Assembly (NCBI GenBank): GCA_964291285.2 | Contig: OZ219786.1 | Span: 992,001 to 1,056,000, forward strand | Direction: 5' to 3' | Length of the DNA stretch: 64,000 nucleotides | DNA from: Alphaproteobacteria bacterium | Lineage (GTDB): Bacteria > Pseudomonadota > Alphaproteobacteria > Bin95 | In this document: piece by piece, positions 20,473 to 29,886 of the stretch | How the letters are laid out: every line of letters begins with the position of its first letter | Numbering within the stretch: the first letter of the stretch is position 1 | Notes under the pieces: model-generated | Seen by the model: only the letters and a program-made list of their open reading frames with translations | Databases searched by the model: none | What the model was told of the DNA's origin: nothing | Program-made: the position numbers and the translations under genes

Positions 20473-21396
20473 CTAGACCCGCGCGAGCCGAGCCCAAGCG
20501 ACGTCGTCCGGGGGAAGGCCGAGGCGGAAGCGGCCCGGCATGTCCGGGAAGCTGCGCACCCAGAGGCCCTGGCGGGCGAAGCGCGCCACGCCGCCTTCGC
20601 CGGCGACGAAGCGGAACAGCGGCGTGCCGCCCAGCAGTTCGAAGCCTCGCGCGGCCAGCGCCTCGTCCAGCCGCGCGGCGGCCCGCTCAAGGCGGATGCG
20701 GGTTTCCGCGGCCCAGGCCCCGTCGCGATAGGCACGGGTGCCGAGTTCGAGCGCGGGGCCGGAGACGGGCCAGGGGCCGAGCCGGGCCTCCAGCCTGTCC
20801 AGCAGTTCGGCCGGCCCCAGCGCAAAACCGAGCCGGAGCCCCGGCAGGCCGTAGAACTTGCCGAAGGACCGCAGCACGACGACATGCCGATGCGCCGCGA
20901 GCGAAAGCTCCGGGGTCGGATCGACGAAGGACTCGTCCACGACCAGCAGGCCGCACTCCACCGCGAGAAGCTCTTCGGGACGCCAGCGACGGCCGTCGGG
21001 ATTGTTCGGATTGGCGACGACCAGCACATCGGCCGGCTCCGGCTCCGCGACCGGGCGCACCCGGCGGCCCGCCGCCTCCCATGCCGGGGCGTGTTCATTG
21101 TAGGTGGGCGAGACGACCGCGACATCGCCCGGCGGCGCGCAGAAGGGCAGGTGCTGGATCGCCGCCTGCGCGCCCGGCACCGGCAGCGCCCGGCTTGCGC
21201 CGAAGGCCCGCGCGGCAACGGCGGCAAGATCGTCAAGCCCCTCTTCCGAAGGCAGCCGCGTCAGCGCCTCGGGCGGAAGCGCCAGCGCGGGCCAGGGCCA
21301 GGGGTTGACGCCGGTGGAGAGGTCGATCCAGCCGCCCTCCGGCTCGCCGAAGGCCCGGCGGGCATCGCCCAGGTCCCCGCCATGGGGACGCTTCAC
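20473..21396 (-). CDS. Threonine-phosphate decarboxylase (CobC/CobD family, PLP-dependent)
   Basis: HGGDL, DLSTGVNP, NPNNPDG, VDESF, RSFGKFYGLPGLRLG. Confidence 0.9.
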   Translation of the reverse strand: MKRPHGGDLGDARRAFGEPEGGWIDLSTGVNPWPWPALALPPEALTRLPSEEGLDDLAAVAARAFGASRALPVPGAQAAIQHLPFCAPPGDVAVVSPTYNEHAPAWEAAGRRVRPVAEPEPADVLVVANPNNPDGRRWRPEELLAVECGLLVVDESFVDPTPELSLAAHRHVVVLRSFGKFYGLPGLRLGFALGPAELLDRLEARLGPWPVSGPALELGTRAYRDGAWAAETRIRLERAAARLDEALAARGFELLGGTPLFRFVAGEGGVARFARQGLWVRSFPDMPGRFRLGLPPDDVAWARLARV

Positions 21397-21998
21397 GCGG
21401 CGGCGAGCGCGCGCTCGACGAAATCCAGCCGGTCCTGGCCCCAGAAGATTTCGCCATCCACGACATAGCTCGGAATGCCGAACACGCCGCGCGCCAGCGC
21501 CTCGTCGGTATTCGCGCCGAAGCGCTCCAGTGTTTCCGTGTCGTCGGCGGCGCGGAGCAGGATGTCGCCGGGCAGGCCGCATTCCTCGCAGATGGCGGTC
21601 AGGACGCCCTTGTCGGCGATGTCCCGGTCCTCGGCCCAGACGGCGCGCGGCAGCGCCAGCACGAGCGGGGCCACATCCGCGCCGAACCGGTCGGCGGCCA
21701 CCACCACGCGCGCCGCCAGATGCTGCGAGACGGGGTAGTAGCGCGGCTCGTCGGAGAGCGGCAGGCCGTAGAACGCAGCCCAGCGCTCCATGTCGCGCTT
21801 GCCGTAGGCCCGGTGCAGTTCCGAGCGTTCCGGCGGGTCGTCCATGCCGATCAGCCTGAGCATCATCTCCCGGAGGTCCACCGGGTGGTAGACGATGCTT
21901 GCGTCCTGCCTCCCGGCGATCTCCTCAAGCCGGCGCTGGCTGAGATAGACCCAGGGCGAGTTCATGCAGAAGAAATAGTCGACGGTCTTGCCGGCCAT
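21393..21998 (-). CDS. 2-hydroxychromene-2-carboxylate isomerase / DsbA family protein
   Basis: SPWVYL, GVFGIPSY, FWGQDRL. Confidence 0.88.
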   Translation of the reverse strand: MAGKTVDYFFCMNSPWVYLSQRRLEEIAGRQDASIVYHPVDLREMMLRLIGMDDPPERSELHRAYGKRDMERWAAFYGLPLSDEPRYYPVSQHLAARVVVAADRFGADVAPLVLALPRAVWAEDRDIADKGVLTAICEECGLPGDILLRAADDTETLERFGANTDEALARGVFGIPSYVVDGEIFWGQDRLDFVERALAAA

Positions 21999-22005
21999 GG
22001 GGGCC

Positions 22006-22647
22006 TCACGCCTCCTCGGGCAGCGCGATCGGCTCGGTCTCGCCCGCCAGCGCCCGGGCGAGGAAGTCCAGCCGGTGTTGGCCCCAGAACGGCTCGCCCC
22101 GCCAGACATAGGTGGGCGCGCCGAACACGCCGGCGGCCTTGGCCTGCCCGGTCTGCGCCCGGTAACGCTCCTGCACTGCATCGCTGCCGGCTTCCGCGAG
22201 CAGCGCCGCCCCGTCGAATCCGGCCGCATCGGCGATGGCCGCGAGGTCGCCGTCATCGCCGATATTGCGGTCCTCGGCCCACACGCCGCGCATCAGCGCG
22301 CGCGCCAGCGCCGCCGCGTCGAGGCCGCCCATGACGGCTGCGACCGCCATGCAATTGGCCCGGTCCGCCGGGGCCGGGAAATGCTTCGGATGGACGTTGA
22401 GGTCCGCGCCGCGCCGCGCCCGCCAGCGCTGCAACTCGACCAGCCGGTAGGCCCGGCGCTGCGGAGCGCGCTGCGGCAGCGGCAGCCCGCCGGAAGTCGA
22501 GAACACGTCGGCGAGGTCCACCGGCAGGATGTCCACGGCGACGCCGTGCTTGCGGCAGAGCGCCATCGCCTCGTCATGGCCGAGATATGTCCAGGGCGAG
22601 GCCATGGTGAAGTAGTAGGAAAGTCGTTCGTCCGGCATCGGTTCCAT
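22006..22647 (-). CDS. 2-hydroxychromene-2-carboxylate isomerase / DsbA family protein
   Basis: SPWTYLG, GVFGAPTY, FWGQHRL. Confidence 0.88.
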   Translation of the reverse strand: MEPMPDERLSYYFTMASPWTYLGHDEAMALCRKHGVAVDILPVDLADVFSTSGGLPLPQRAPQRRAYRLVELQRWRARRGADLNVHPKHFPAPADRANCMAVAAVMGGLDAAALARALMRGVWAEDRNIGDDGDLAAIADAAGFDGAALLAEAGSDAVQERYRAQTGQAKAAGVFGAPTYVWRGEPFWGQHRLDFLARALAGETEPIALPEEA

Positions 22648-22656
22648 GCTCCGGGT

Positions 22657-23616
22657 TCAGGCGAGGATTCGTTTGAGCCAAAGGGCGCCGTCGGCAAGGC
22701 AGCGCTCCGCCTTGGCGACCGAGGCGGCGGCCCTCAGGAATCCGTGGGTGACGCCCTCATAGAGCGCATATTCGGTGTCCACGCCGGCGAGCCGGGCCTT
22801 TTCGGCCAGTGCCAGGCTCTCGTCCGCCAGCACGTCCAGCTCCGCCGCGGCAATGCGCAGCGGCGGCAGGCCGGCAAGCTCCGCGCGGAGCGGCGCCGCC
22901 AGCGGATGGGTCATCTGGTCGGGCGAGCGCACATAGTTGTTCCAGAAGAAGCGCATGAGCCGCGTCGAGAGATAGAGGTCGCCGCTCCCGTAGAGCCGGT
23001 AGCTCCCGCGGGTGAAATCGCTGTCGAACACGCCGTAGTTGAGCAGCGCGCCGCGAAGCCAGTCCTCGCCCTCGTCGCGGAGCATGAGTGCTGCGGCGAG
23101 CGCCAGGTTGCCGCCGGCCGAGTCCCCGCCGACGGCGATCCGGTCCGGGTCGATGCCCCACTCCTCCGCCCGGGCGCGCACCGCCCTGAGCGCCGCCACG
23201 CACTCGTGCAGCGCCTGGGGAAACTTGTATTCCGGGGAGAGCGAATAGTCGGGCGCGATGACGGCCGCGCCCGCGCGGGCGGCATATTCCCGCGCCGTGC
23301 GGTCGCCGGTATAGATCGTGTTCCAGGTCCAGCCGCCGCCGTGCAGCAGCACGAAGGCCGGCAGCGGCCCGTCGGCCTCGGGCATGTTGAAGCGCGCGAG
23401 GATGAGCCGCCCCGGCCCCTCCAGCGCGCGGTCCACGGCCTCGCGCATGGGCGGCCCGCCGGCGGCATAGCCGATGCGCCCGGCCTCCATCGCCCGGCGC
23501 ATCTGCGGCAGCGGCGTCCCGAGCGGGTCCATCTCCTGCGTCGCGTTGTCGGTTGTCGCGTCGAGGAAGGCCCGCATCTCCGGGTCCATCGGCGCCCGTT
23601 CCCGCAGCCCGCTCAC
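22657..23616 (-). CDS. Alpha/beta hydrolase (HSL-family esterase)
   Basis: HGGGW, GDSAGGNL, HGF; start codon uncertain. Confidence 0.9.
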   Translation of the reverse strand: MSGLRERAPMDPEMRAFLDATTDNATQEMDPLGTPLPQMRRAMEAGRIGYAAGGPPMREAVDRALEGPGRLILARFNMPEADGPLPAFVLLHGGGWTWNTIYTGDRTAREYAARAGAAVIAPDYSLSPEYKFPQALHECVAALRAVRARAEEWGIDPDRIAVGGDSAGGNLALAAALMLRDEGEDWLRGALLNYGVFDSDFTRGSYRLYGSGDLYLSTRLMRFFWNNYVRSPDQMTHPLAAPLRAELAGLPPLRIAAAELDVLADESLALAEKARLAGVDTEYALYEGVTHGFLRAAASVAKAERCLADGALWLKRILA

Positions 23617-23734
23617 CCGGCGTCCGCCCGTTCGACAATCGGCCTGCTGCGTGCCATTTTCCGTCCCCTCCCGCGAGCCGCGGCAGTCTGTTCGCAAACC
23701 GCGCCGCATTCAAGGACGACGGACCGTTGCAGCC

Positions 23735-24337
23735 ATGACCGATGCCCCCGCGCTGACCGTCTATATCGACGTCAAGAGCCCCTACGCCTATCTCTCCATC
23801 GCGCCGACCCGGGCGCTGGCGGCGGAGTTCGGCATCCGCCCGGTCTGGAAGCCCTATACGCTGGAGATCCCCGATTTCCTGGGCGCCGTGGAGACCCGCA
23901 ACCCGCACCAGTGGCGCCGCGTGCTCTACAGCTACATGGATGCGCGGCGGCTCGCCAACCAGGTCGGGCTGACGGTGCGCGGCCCGCAGAAGATATTCGA
24001 CAGCTCCATCGCCCATATCGGCATGCTGCGCGCCCAGGACCACGGGCGGTTCGAGCCCTATATCGACCGCGTGTTCGAGCGCTTCTGGAAGCGCGAACTG
24101 GACATCGAGGACCCGGCCGTCATCGCCTCGGTGCTGGAGGAGGCGGGCGCGCCCGCTGCCGATTTCGCCGAATGGGCGGCGGGCGAGGGCCGGCGGCGCC
24201 ACGACGCCAACCAGAAGGAGGCGGAGGAAGCCGGCATATTCGGCGTGCCGAGCTATCTCTTCAGGGAAGAATTATTCTGGGGCGGGGACCGCCTCGGCAT
24301 GTTGCGCGAACGGATCGAGGAGGCGCTCGCCCGGTGA
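23735..24337 (+). CDS. DsbA family / HCCA isomerase-like protein
   Basis: KSPYAYL, GIFGVPSY, FWGGDRL. Confidence 0.85.
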   Translation: MTDAPALTVYIDVKSPYAYLSIAPTRALAAEFGIRPVWKPYTLEIPDFLGAVETRNPHQWRRVLYSYMDARRLANQVGLTVRGPQKIFDSSIAHIGMLRAQDHGRFEPYIDRVFERFWKRELDIEDPAVIASVLEEAGAPAADFAEWAAGEGRRRHDANQKEAEEAGIFGVPSYLFREELFWGGDRLGMLRERIEEALAR

Positions 24338-25257
24338 TCGAACTCTGGATTCCGGTCACGATCTTCGCCGCCTTCTGCCAGAACCTCCGAAGCGCCGTCC
24401 AGAAGCACCTCAAGGGCTCGCTCTCCAACACGGGGGCTACTTTCTCGCGGTTCGGCTACGGGTTTCCGGTGCTGGTCGCCTATGTGCTGGCGCTGCATTA
24501 CGGCGCCGGGATGGAGTTGCCGGCGCCGCGGGCGGAGTTCTTCATTTACGGCCTTGTCGGCGGTGTAACGCAGATCGGCGCCACCTTCTGCCTGGTGTGG
24601 CTGTTCTCCTTCCGCGACTTCGCGGTCGGCACCACCTATTCCAAGACGGAAACCGTGCAAGCGGCGCTGTTCGGGCTGGTCATCCTCGGCGACGGCGTGG
24701 GTCTGGCCGGGGCCGTGGCAATCTTCGTCAGCCTGATCGGGGTCGTGCTGCTCTCCACCGCGAAGAGCGAACTCGACTGGCGCAGGCTGTGGCTCGGCTG
24801 GACCGAGCGGACGGCGCTCATCGGCATCTTCTCCGGCACGCTGTTCGGCGTCTCCGCGGTTACCTTCCGGGCGGCCTCGCTCTCGCTCGGGGACCCTGCG
24901 TCGGGGCAAGGGCCGGGCTTCCTGATGCAGGCGGGCTTCACGCTTGCCTTCGTCATCCTCGCCCAGACGGTCGGCATGGCGCTGTGGATGGCGTGGCGGG
25001 AGCCCGGCCAGCTCGGCGCCGTGCTGCGGTCCTGGCGCTGGGCGAGCCTCGCGGGCTTCGCCGGCGCGCTCTCCTCCATCGGCTGGTTCACCGCCATGAC
25101 GCTCCAGAACGTCGCCTATGTCCGCGCGCTCGGCCAGATCGAGCTGGTCTTCACCTTCGCCGCCGGCATCCTCATCTTCAAGGAGCGCAGTTCGCGCCTC
25201 GAAATCACCGGCATCCTCCTGGTCGTAGCCGGCATCCTCATCCTGGTGAGCGGGTGA
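24334..25257 (+). CDS. DMT/EamA family transporter
   Basis: About 10 hydrophobic segments; SKTE and RALGQIE motifs; GTGA overlap with upstream gene. Confidence 0.82.
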   Translation: MIELWIPVTIFAAFCQNLRSAVQKHLKGSLSNTGATFSRFGYGFPVLVAYVLALHYGAGMELPAPRAEFFIYGLVGGVTQIGATFCLVWLFSFRDFAVGTTYSKTETVQAALFGLVILGDGVGLAGAVAIFVSLIGVVLLSTAKSELDWRRLWLGWTERTALIGIFSGTLFGVSAVTFRAASLSLGDPASGQGPGFLMQAGFTLAFVILAQTVGMALWMAWREPGQLGAVLRSWRWASLAGFAGALSSIGWFTAMTLQNVAYVRALGQIELVFTFAAGILIFKERSSRLEITGILLVVAGILILVSG

Positions 25258-25388
25258 GGCGTCCACCCGCCGGGGCCTGTACGGCGCGCCCGGGGCGATG
25301 ATTGCGGCGCGGAGACCGGGCCACCGCGGCCGTGCGGATTGTGCGGCGCGGGGGTTTTGCTACAGTCCCGGCGGCAAGGAGGCAGGCA

Positions 25389-26282
25389 ATGGCTGAGTTC
25401 GGTCCGGGCGCGATCCGGGGAATCGTGCCGCCCATGACGACGCCGTTTTCGGCGGATGGCGCAATCGAGGAGGCGGCGTTCCGGGCGGAGGCGCGCTTCC
25501 TGCTGGGCGCCGGCGTCCACGGCCTTGCGGTCGCGGGCAGCACAGGCGAGGGCCATGCGCTCTCCACCGACGAGGTCTGCCGGTTGACGGCAATGGCGGT
25601 CGAGGAGGCGGACGGGCGCGTGCCCGTCGTCGCCGGGATCATCGTCGATTCGACGGCGCAGGCCGTCGAGCGCGGCCGGGCGGCGGCGGAGGCCGGAGCG
25701 GCCGCGCTGCAGGTCACGCCCGTGCACTACCTCTTCCGGCCCGACGACGCCCACATGAAGGAGCATTTCCGCGAGATGGCGGACGCCGTCGCCTCGCCCA
25801 TCATCATCTACAATGTCGTGCCCTGGACCTATCTCTCGCCGGAACTCCTGGTCGAGATCATGACGGACATTCCGGGTGTGGTCGGCGTCAAGCAGAGCGC
25901 GGGCGACCTCAAGCTGTTCGCCGACCTGATGGCGACCGCCCCGGAGGGCTCCCGCATCATGAGCGCGGTCGATGCGCTCATGTATCCGTCGTTCACGCTC
26001 GGCGCACACGGCGCGGTCGCGGCGATCCTGACGGCCGCGCCCAGGGCGTCCGTGATCCTCTGGGACGCGGTGGCGGACGGCGACCACGCCGCGGCGCTGG
26101 ACCTGCATCTCAGGCTGCTCGCGCTCTGGAACGCGATGATCGACGACAACCTGCCGGCGGCGGTCAAGGCGGCGCTCGACTTCCAGGGCCTTGCGGGCGG
26201 CCTGCCGCGCCGGCCGATGCCGGCCGCGTCCAACAGCCAGCGCAGCGCCATCGCCGCGGCGCTGAAGGAGTTGCCGCAATGA
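25389..26282 (+). CDS. Dihydrodipicolinate synthase family aldolase
   Basis: GSTGE, IYNV, GVKQS (Schiff-base Lys). Confidence 0.88.
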   Translation: MAEFGPGAIRGIVPPMTTPFSADGAIEEAAFRAEARFLLGAGVHGLAVAGSTGEGHALSTDEVCRLTAMAVEEADGRVPVVAGIIVDSTAQAVERGRAAAEAGAAALQVTPVHYLFRPDDAHMKEHFREMADAVASPIIIYNVVPWTYLSPELLVEIMTDIPGVVGVKQSAGDLKLFADLMATAPEGSRIMSAVDALMYPSFTLGAHGAVAAILTAAPRASVILWDAVADGDHAAALDLHLRLLALWNAMIDDNLPAAVKAALDFQGLAGGLPRRPMPAASNSQRSAIAAALKELPQ

Positions 26283-27538
26283 GCGCGGTCGGGACTCCCG
26301 GCGACATCATGCCGGCCTGGCCGGAGGGCGGCGTCTCCCGCGTGCCCTACCGGCTCTTCTCGGACCGCGACGTCTATGCGCTGGAGCAGGAGCGGCTCTT
26401 CCGGGGGCCGGTCTGGAACTATCTCTGCCTGGAGCTGGAGGTGGCGGAGCCGGGCGACTTCCGCACCGCCTTCATCGGCGAGACGCCCATCGTCGTCGCG
26501 CGGGACGAGACGGGCGCGCTGCGCGGCATGGTCAACCGCTGCGCGCACAAGGGCGCGCTGGTCTGCCTCGCCGAACGGGGCAACCGCAAGCACTTCTCCT
26601 GCATCTACCACTCCTGGACCTACCATCTCGACGGGCGGCTCCGGGGCGTGGCCTTCCGCGGCGGGCTGAAGGGCAAGGGCGGCATGCCGGAGGATTTCGA
26701 CCCCGCCCGCCACCGCATGCAGCCGATCCGCGTCGAGACATTCTGCGGCCTGGTCTTCGGCACCTTCGAGCCCGACATGCCCCCGGTCGAGGAATGGGTC
26801 GGGCCGACCATGGCGCATTTCCTCAAGCGCAATCTCGGCTCGCGCCCGCTGAAGGTGCTCGGCACCCACAGCCAGATCATCCACAACAACTGGAAGCTCT
26901 ACGCCGAGAATGTGCGCGATTCCTACCACGCCACCCTGCTGCACACCTTCTACACCACCTTCAAGGTGAACCGGCTGGACATGGACGGCGGCATCCTGCT
27001 CTCGGAAGGCACGCCCTGGCACCATATCAGCTACGCCAAGCGCGCCACTTTCGAGGAGGCGGCGGAATACACCGAGGCGCAGGTCCATTCGGCCAGCTAC
27101 GATTCGAAGCTCAACGGCCCGGAGCTTCTGAAGACCGAGGACGAATTCGACGACGGGATTACGCACTCCGTCCAGTCGATCTTCCCGACGCTCGCGGTGC
27201 ATTTCACCCTGAACTCGCTCTGCGTGCGCAATTTCGTGCCGCGCGGGCTGGAGGAGACCGAGCTCGTCTGGACCTATCTCGGCTATGCGGACGACAGCGA
27301 GGAGATGACGGCCATGCGCGTGCTGCAGGCGAACCTGACGGGCGCGGCCGGGCTGGTCTCGCTGGAGGACGGCTGCATCAACGAGTTCGTCCAGCGCGGC
27401 ACCAGGGGCAGCGGCGACGCGGCGGCCGTGCTGGAGATGGGCGGGCGCGGGCTCGAGTCGAGCGAAAGCTCGCGCGCCACGGAAGTCTCGATCCGGGGCT
27501 TCTGGAGCGGCTATCGCGGCCTGATGGGCTACGCATGA
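26279..27538 (+). CDS. Rieske aromatic ring-hydroxylating oxygenase alpha subunit (salicylate/anthranilate/terephthalate group)
   Basis: NRCAHKG...CIYHSW Rieske motif, NWK...D.YH...LH. Confidence 0.9.
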   Translation: MSAVGTPGDIMPAWPEGGVSRVPYRLFSDRDVYALEQERLFRGPVWNYLCLELEVAEPGDFRTAFIGETPIVVARDETGALRGMVNRCAHKGALVCLAERGNRKHFSCIYHSWTYHLDGRLRGVAFRGGLKGKGGMPEDFDPARHRMQPIRVETFCGLVFGTFEPDMPPVEEWVGPTMAHFLKRNLGSRPLKVLGTHSQIIHNNWKLYAENVRDSYHATLLHTFYTTFKVNRLDMDGGILLSEGTPWHHISYAKRATFEEAAEYTEAQVHSASYDSKLNGPELLKTEDEFDDGITHSVQSIFPTLAVHFTLNSLCVRNFVPRGLEETELVWTYLGYADDSEEMTAMRVLQANLTGAAGLVSLEDGCINEFVQRGTRGSGDAAAVLEMGGRGLESSESSRATEVSIRGFWSGYRGLMGYA

Positions 27539-28008
27539 TCGACGCGGAAGCGCGCCAGCGGATCGAGGACTTCCTGCTTGACTGCGCCTGGGCCATCGAC
27601 GAGGACGAACTGGAGGCCTGGCCGGGCTTCTTCGCGGGCGACGGACGCTACCGCATCACCACGCGCGACAATGAGGAGCGCGGCCTGCCGGTCGGCATCA
27701 TGCTCTGCGAGGGGCGCGGCATGATGGAGGACCGGGTGCTGGCGCTGCGCACCGCCAACATCTTCGAGCCGCACCGCTACCGGCACATTCTCGGCCGTCC
27801 GCGCCTGCGCGAGGCCGAAGACGGGCTGGTCCGCTCCGACAGCAGCTTCATCGTCATGCGCACCATGCAGGACGGCCGCATGGACCTGTTCGCCGCCGGC
27901 AATTACCGCGACCTGCTGCGCGTGGAAGACGGCCGGGTGCTGTTCCAGGAGCGCGCGGCGGTGCTCGAATCCCGCCGCGTGGATGTGCTGATCGTCATTC
28001 CGATATGA
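27535..28008 (+). CDS. Ring-hydroxylating oxygenase beta subunit
   Basis: LEAWPGFF, DRVLALRTANIFEPHRYRH, C-terminal VIPI. Confidence 0.88.
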   Translation: MIDAEARQRIEDFLLDCAWAIDEDELEAWPGFFAGDGRYRITTRDNEERGLPVGIMLCEGRGMMEDRVLALRTANIFEPHRYRHILGRPRLREAEDGLVRSDSSFIVMRTMQDGRMDLFAAGNYRDLLRVEDGRVLFQERAAVLESRRVDVLIVIPI

Positions 28009-28024
28009 CGGGCTGGAGGGCTCG

Positions 28025-29047
28025 GTGATGCAACCCTTGACCGACTCGACCGGGATTCAAGACAACGGGCTGAAGCTGCGAGAGCGGGCGGAGGCGGATG
28101 GCTATGTGCTGGTCCGGGGCCTGCTGCCGCGCTCGGTGCTGGAGGAGATCGCGGCTGAAATTGCCAGGCCGATGGCCGATGCCGGCTGGATCGAACCGGG
28201 CGCACCGCTGGCGAGCGCGAAGCCCGACCTCTCGAAATTCTGCGTGGAGCCGCAGCCGCCTTTCATGGAGGTCTTCTACAGGCAGCTGTCGCTGCGCTCG
28301 CTGCATGCGCTCAAGCTGCACGAGAACCTGATGGGCTTCTTCGGGAGGCTGTTCGGCGAGGAGGCGTTCTGCCCGCCGCATTTCGTGATGCGGCTGGCCT
28401 TCCCCTGCAGGGACGAATACGCGACCCCGGCGCACCAGGACTACACGCATTTCGAGGGCAGCCGGCGCAACTGGGCCGCCTGGATTCCCTTCACCGACAT
28501 CGACGAGAAGCGCGGCGGCCTTGCCGTCGCGGCCGGCTCGCACAAGGGCGGCGTGCTGGACATGCGCCCGGCCTTGGGCGCGGGGCAGATGGTCATCGAC
28601 GCGGACCTCGACGCCTGCGACTGGCGCTGGAGCCCGATGCAGGTCGGCGACGTGCTCATCCACAACTGCCAGACGATCCACAAGGGCCTGCCGAACTCGT
28701 CGGGCGCGATGCGGGTCTCCATGGACTGCCGCTACCAGCCGCTGTCGGAACCCGTGGGCGAGAAATATCTCGGCGTTTCGCACCAGATGCGAAGCTGGGA
28801 AGACCTTTACGCCGGTTGGGAGGAGGACGACCCGCTCAAATATTACTGGCGGGACCTCCCCCTGACGGTCCAGCCCTTCGAATATCGCTGGTACGACCGG
28901 CGGGACGAACGCGCCATCGAAATGGGCGAAGCCGGAGACCCGGAAGCCCTCCTCGCGCTCGAAAACATATCCCTGAAGCACCGCTCCCCGGCGGTCCGGC
29001 ACCGGGCCGAGGCCGCCCTGTCACGCCTGCAGGCGGCGTCGGGCTGA
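28025..29047 (+). CDS. PhyH family Fe(II)/2OG dioxygenase
   Basis: HQDY, AGSH, HKGLPN...RVSMDCRYQ. Confidence 0.85.
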   Translation: MMQPLTDSTGIQDNGLKLRERAEADGYVLVRGLLPRSVLEEIAAEIARPMADAGWIEPGAPLASAKPDLSKFCVEPQPPFMEVFYRQLSLRSLHALKLHENLMGFFGRLFGEEAFCPPHFVMRLAFPCRDEYATPAHQDYTHFEGSRRNWAAWIPFTDIDEKRGGLAVAAGSHKGGVLDMRPALGAGQMVIDADLDACDWRWSPMQVGDVLIHNCQTIHKGLPNSSGAMRVSMDCRYQPLSEPVGEKYLGVSHQMRSWEDLYAGWEEDDPLKYYWRDLPLTVQPFEYRWYDRRDERAIEMGEAGDPEALLALENISLKHRSPAVRHRAEAALSRLQAASG

Positions 29048-29066
29048 GCGGGCAACGGTCCGGCCG

Positions 29067-29792
29067 TCACTCCTCCGCCGCCATCACGGCTTCCGCCCGG
29101 TCGGGATAGATGATCCGCTCGGCGAAGCGGTGCATGAGGTCGATCTCGTCCTGGCTCCGGTATCTGGGGGTGCTGCCCTTAATCGCGGCCAGATGTTCGG
29201 CGATGATGTTGCGGCGCACCTCGGCGGCGAAGGAGGTCAGCCGGTGGTAGGCCTCGGAGATCGTCCGCCCGAGGGTCGTGACGCCGTGCCCGATCAGCAC
29301 CACGCAGTTGGTATCGGCGATGAAGTCCTTGACCGGTCCGACATCGGTTTCGACGTCGATATCCGCAGCCACATAGTAGGGCGGCTTGCCGTGGATGAAC
29401 GGCATGTCGAGCGAGAGGATCCGGACTTCCTCGAAGGCCCCGGAGCCGAAGAAGGCGATGGTGTCGTCGTGATGGACATGGATGACCGCGTGGATGTCGG
29501 GCCGGAGCCTGAGGATCTCGCGGTTGAGGTTGTGGCCGACGCTCGTCACCGCCTCGCCATGCAGCAGACGGCTTGTCGGGATGTCGGTGATGACGATGTT
29601 GTCCGCGGTCATTTCCTCAAGCGAGATTTCGGCATGCTTGGTGTAGGCCACGCCGTGTCCGAAGTCCGGATGCGGCTTGCGGATCACCATGTTCCCGAGC
29701 GTGTTGTGGACATAGCCCCGCCTCGCGACCATATGCGCATAGCGGACGAAGGTAGCGCCGGTCTCTGCGTCGAATTCGACCCGGTTGTCCAT
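29067..29792 (-). CDS. Class II aldolase/adducin family protein
   Basis: GN, AVIHVH, GHGV metal-binding motifs. Confidence 0.8.
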   Translation of the reverse strand: MDNRVEFDAETGATFVRYAHMVARRGYVHNTLGNMVIRKPHPDFGHGVAYTKHAEISLEEMTADNIVITDIPTSRLLHGEAVTSVGHNLNREILRLRPDIHAVIHVHHDDTIAFFGSGAFEEVRILSLDMPFIHGKPPYYVAADIDVETDVGPVKDFIADTNCVVLIGHGVTTLGRTISEAYHRLTSFAAEVRRNIIAEHLAAIKGSTPRYRSQDEIDLMHRFAERIIYPDRAEAVMAAEE

Positions 29793-29886
29793 CCTGCTTC
29801 TCCTCCTTACCGCAATCCAATATCCCGTAAATTTCAACGGATTGTATGCCTTTAAGGCAATCGCCATGAACTATGGACTGCGCTCC

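Noticed and set aside
21988-25257. Very long ORFs in the track (1089 aa here; also 990 aa at 30946-33918 and many antisense ORFs)
   Set aside because: High-GC shadow-frame extensions; only the C-terminal portions (EamA, ligase) carry real motifs and proper coupled starts.
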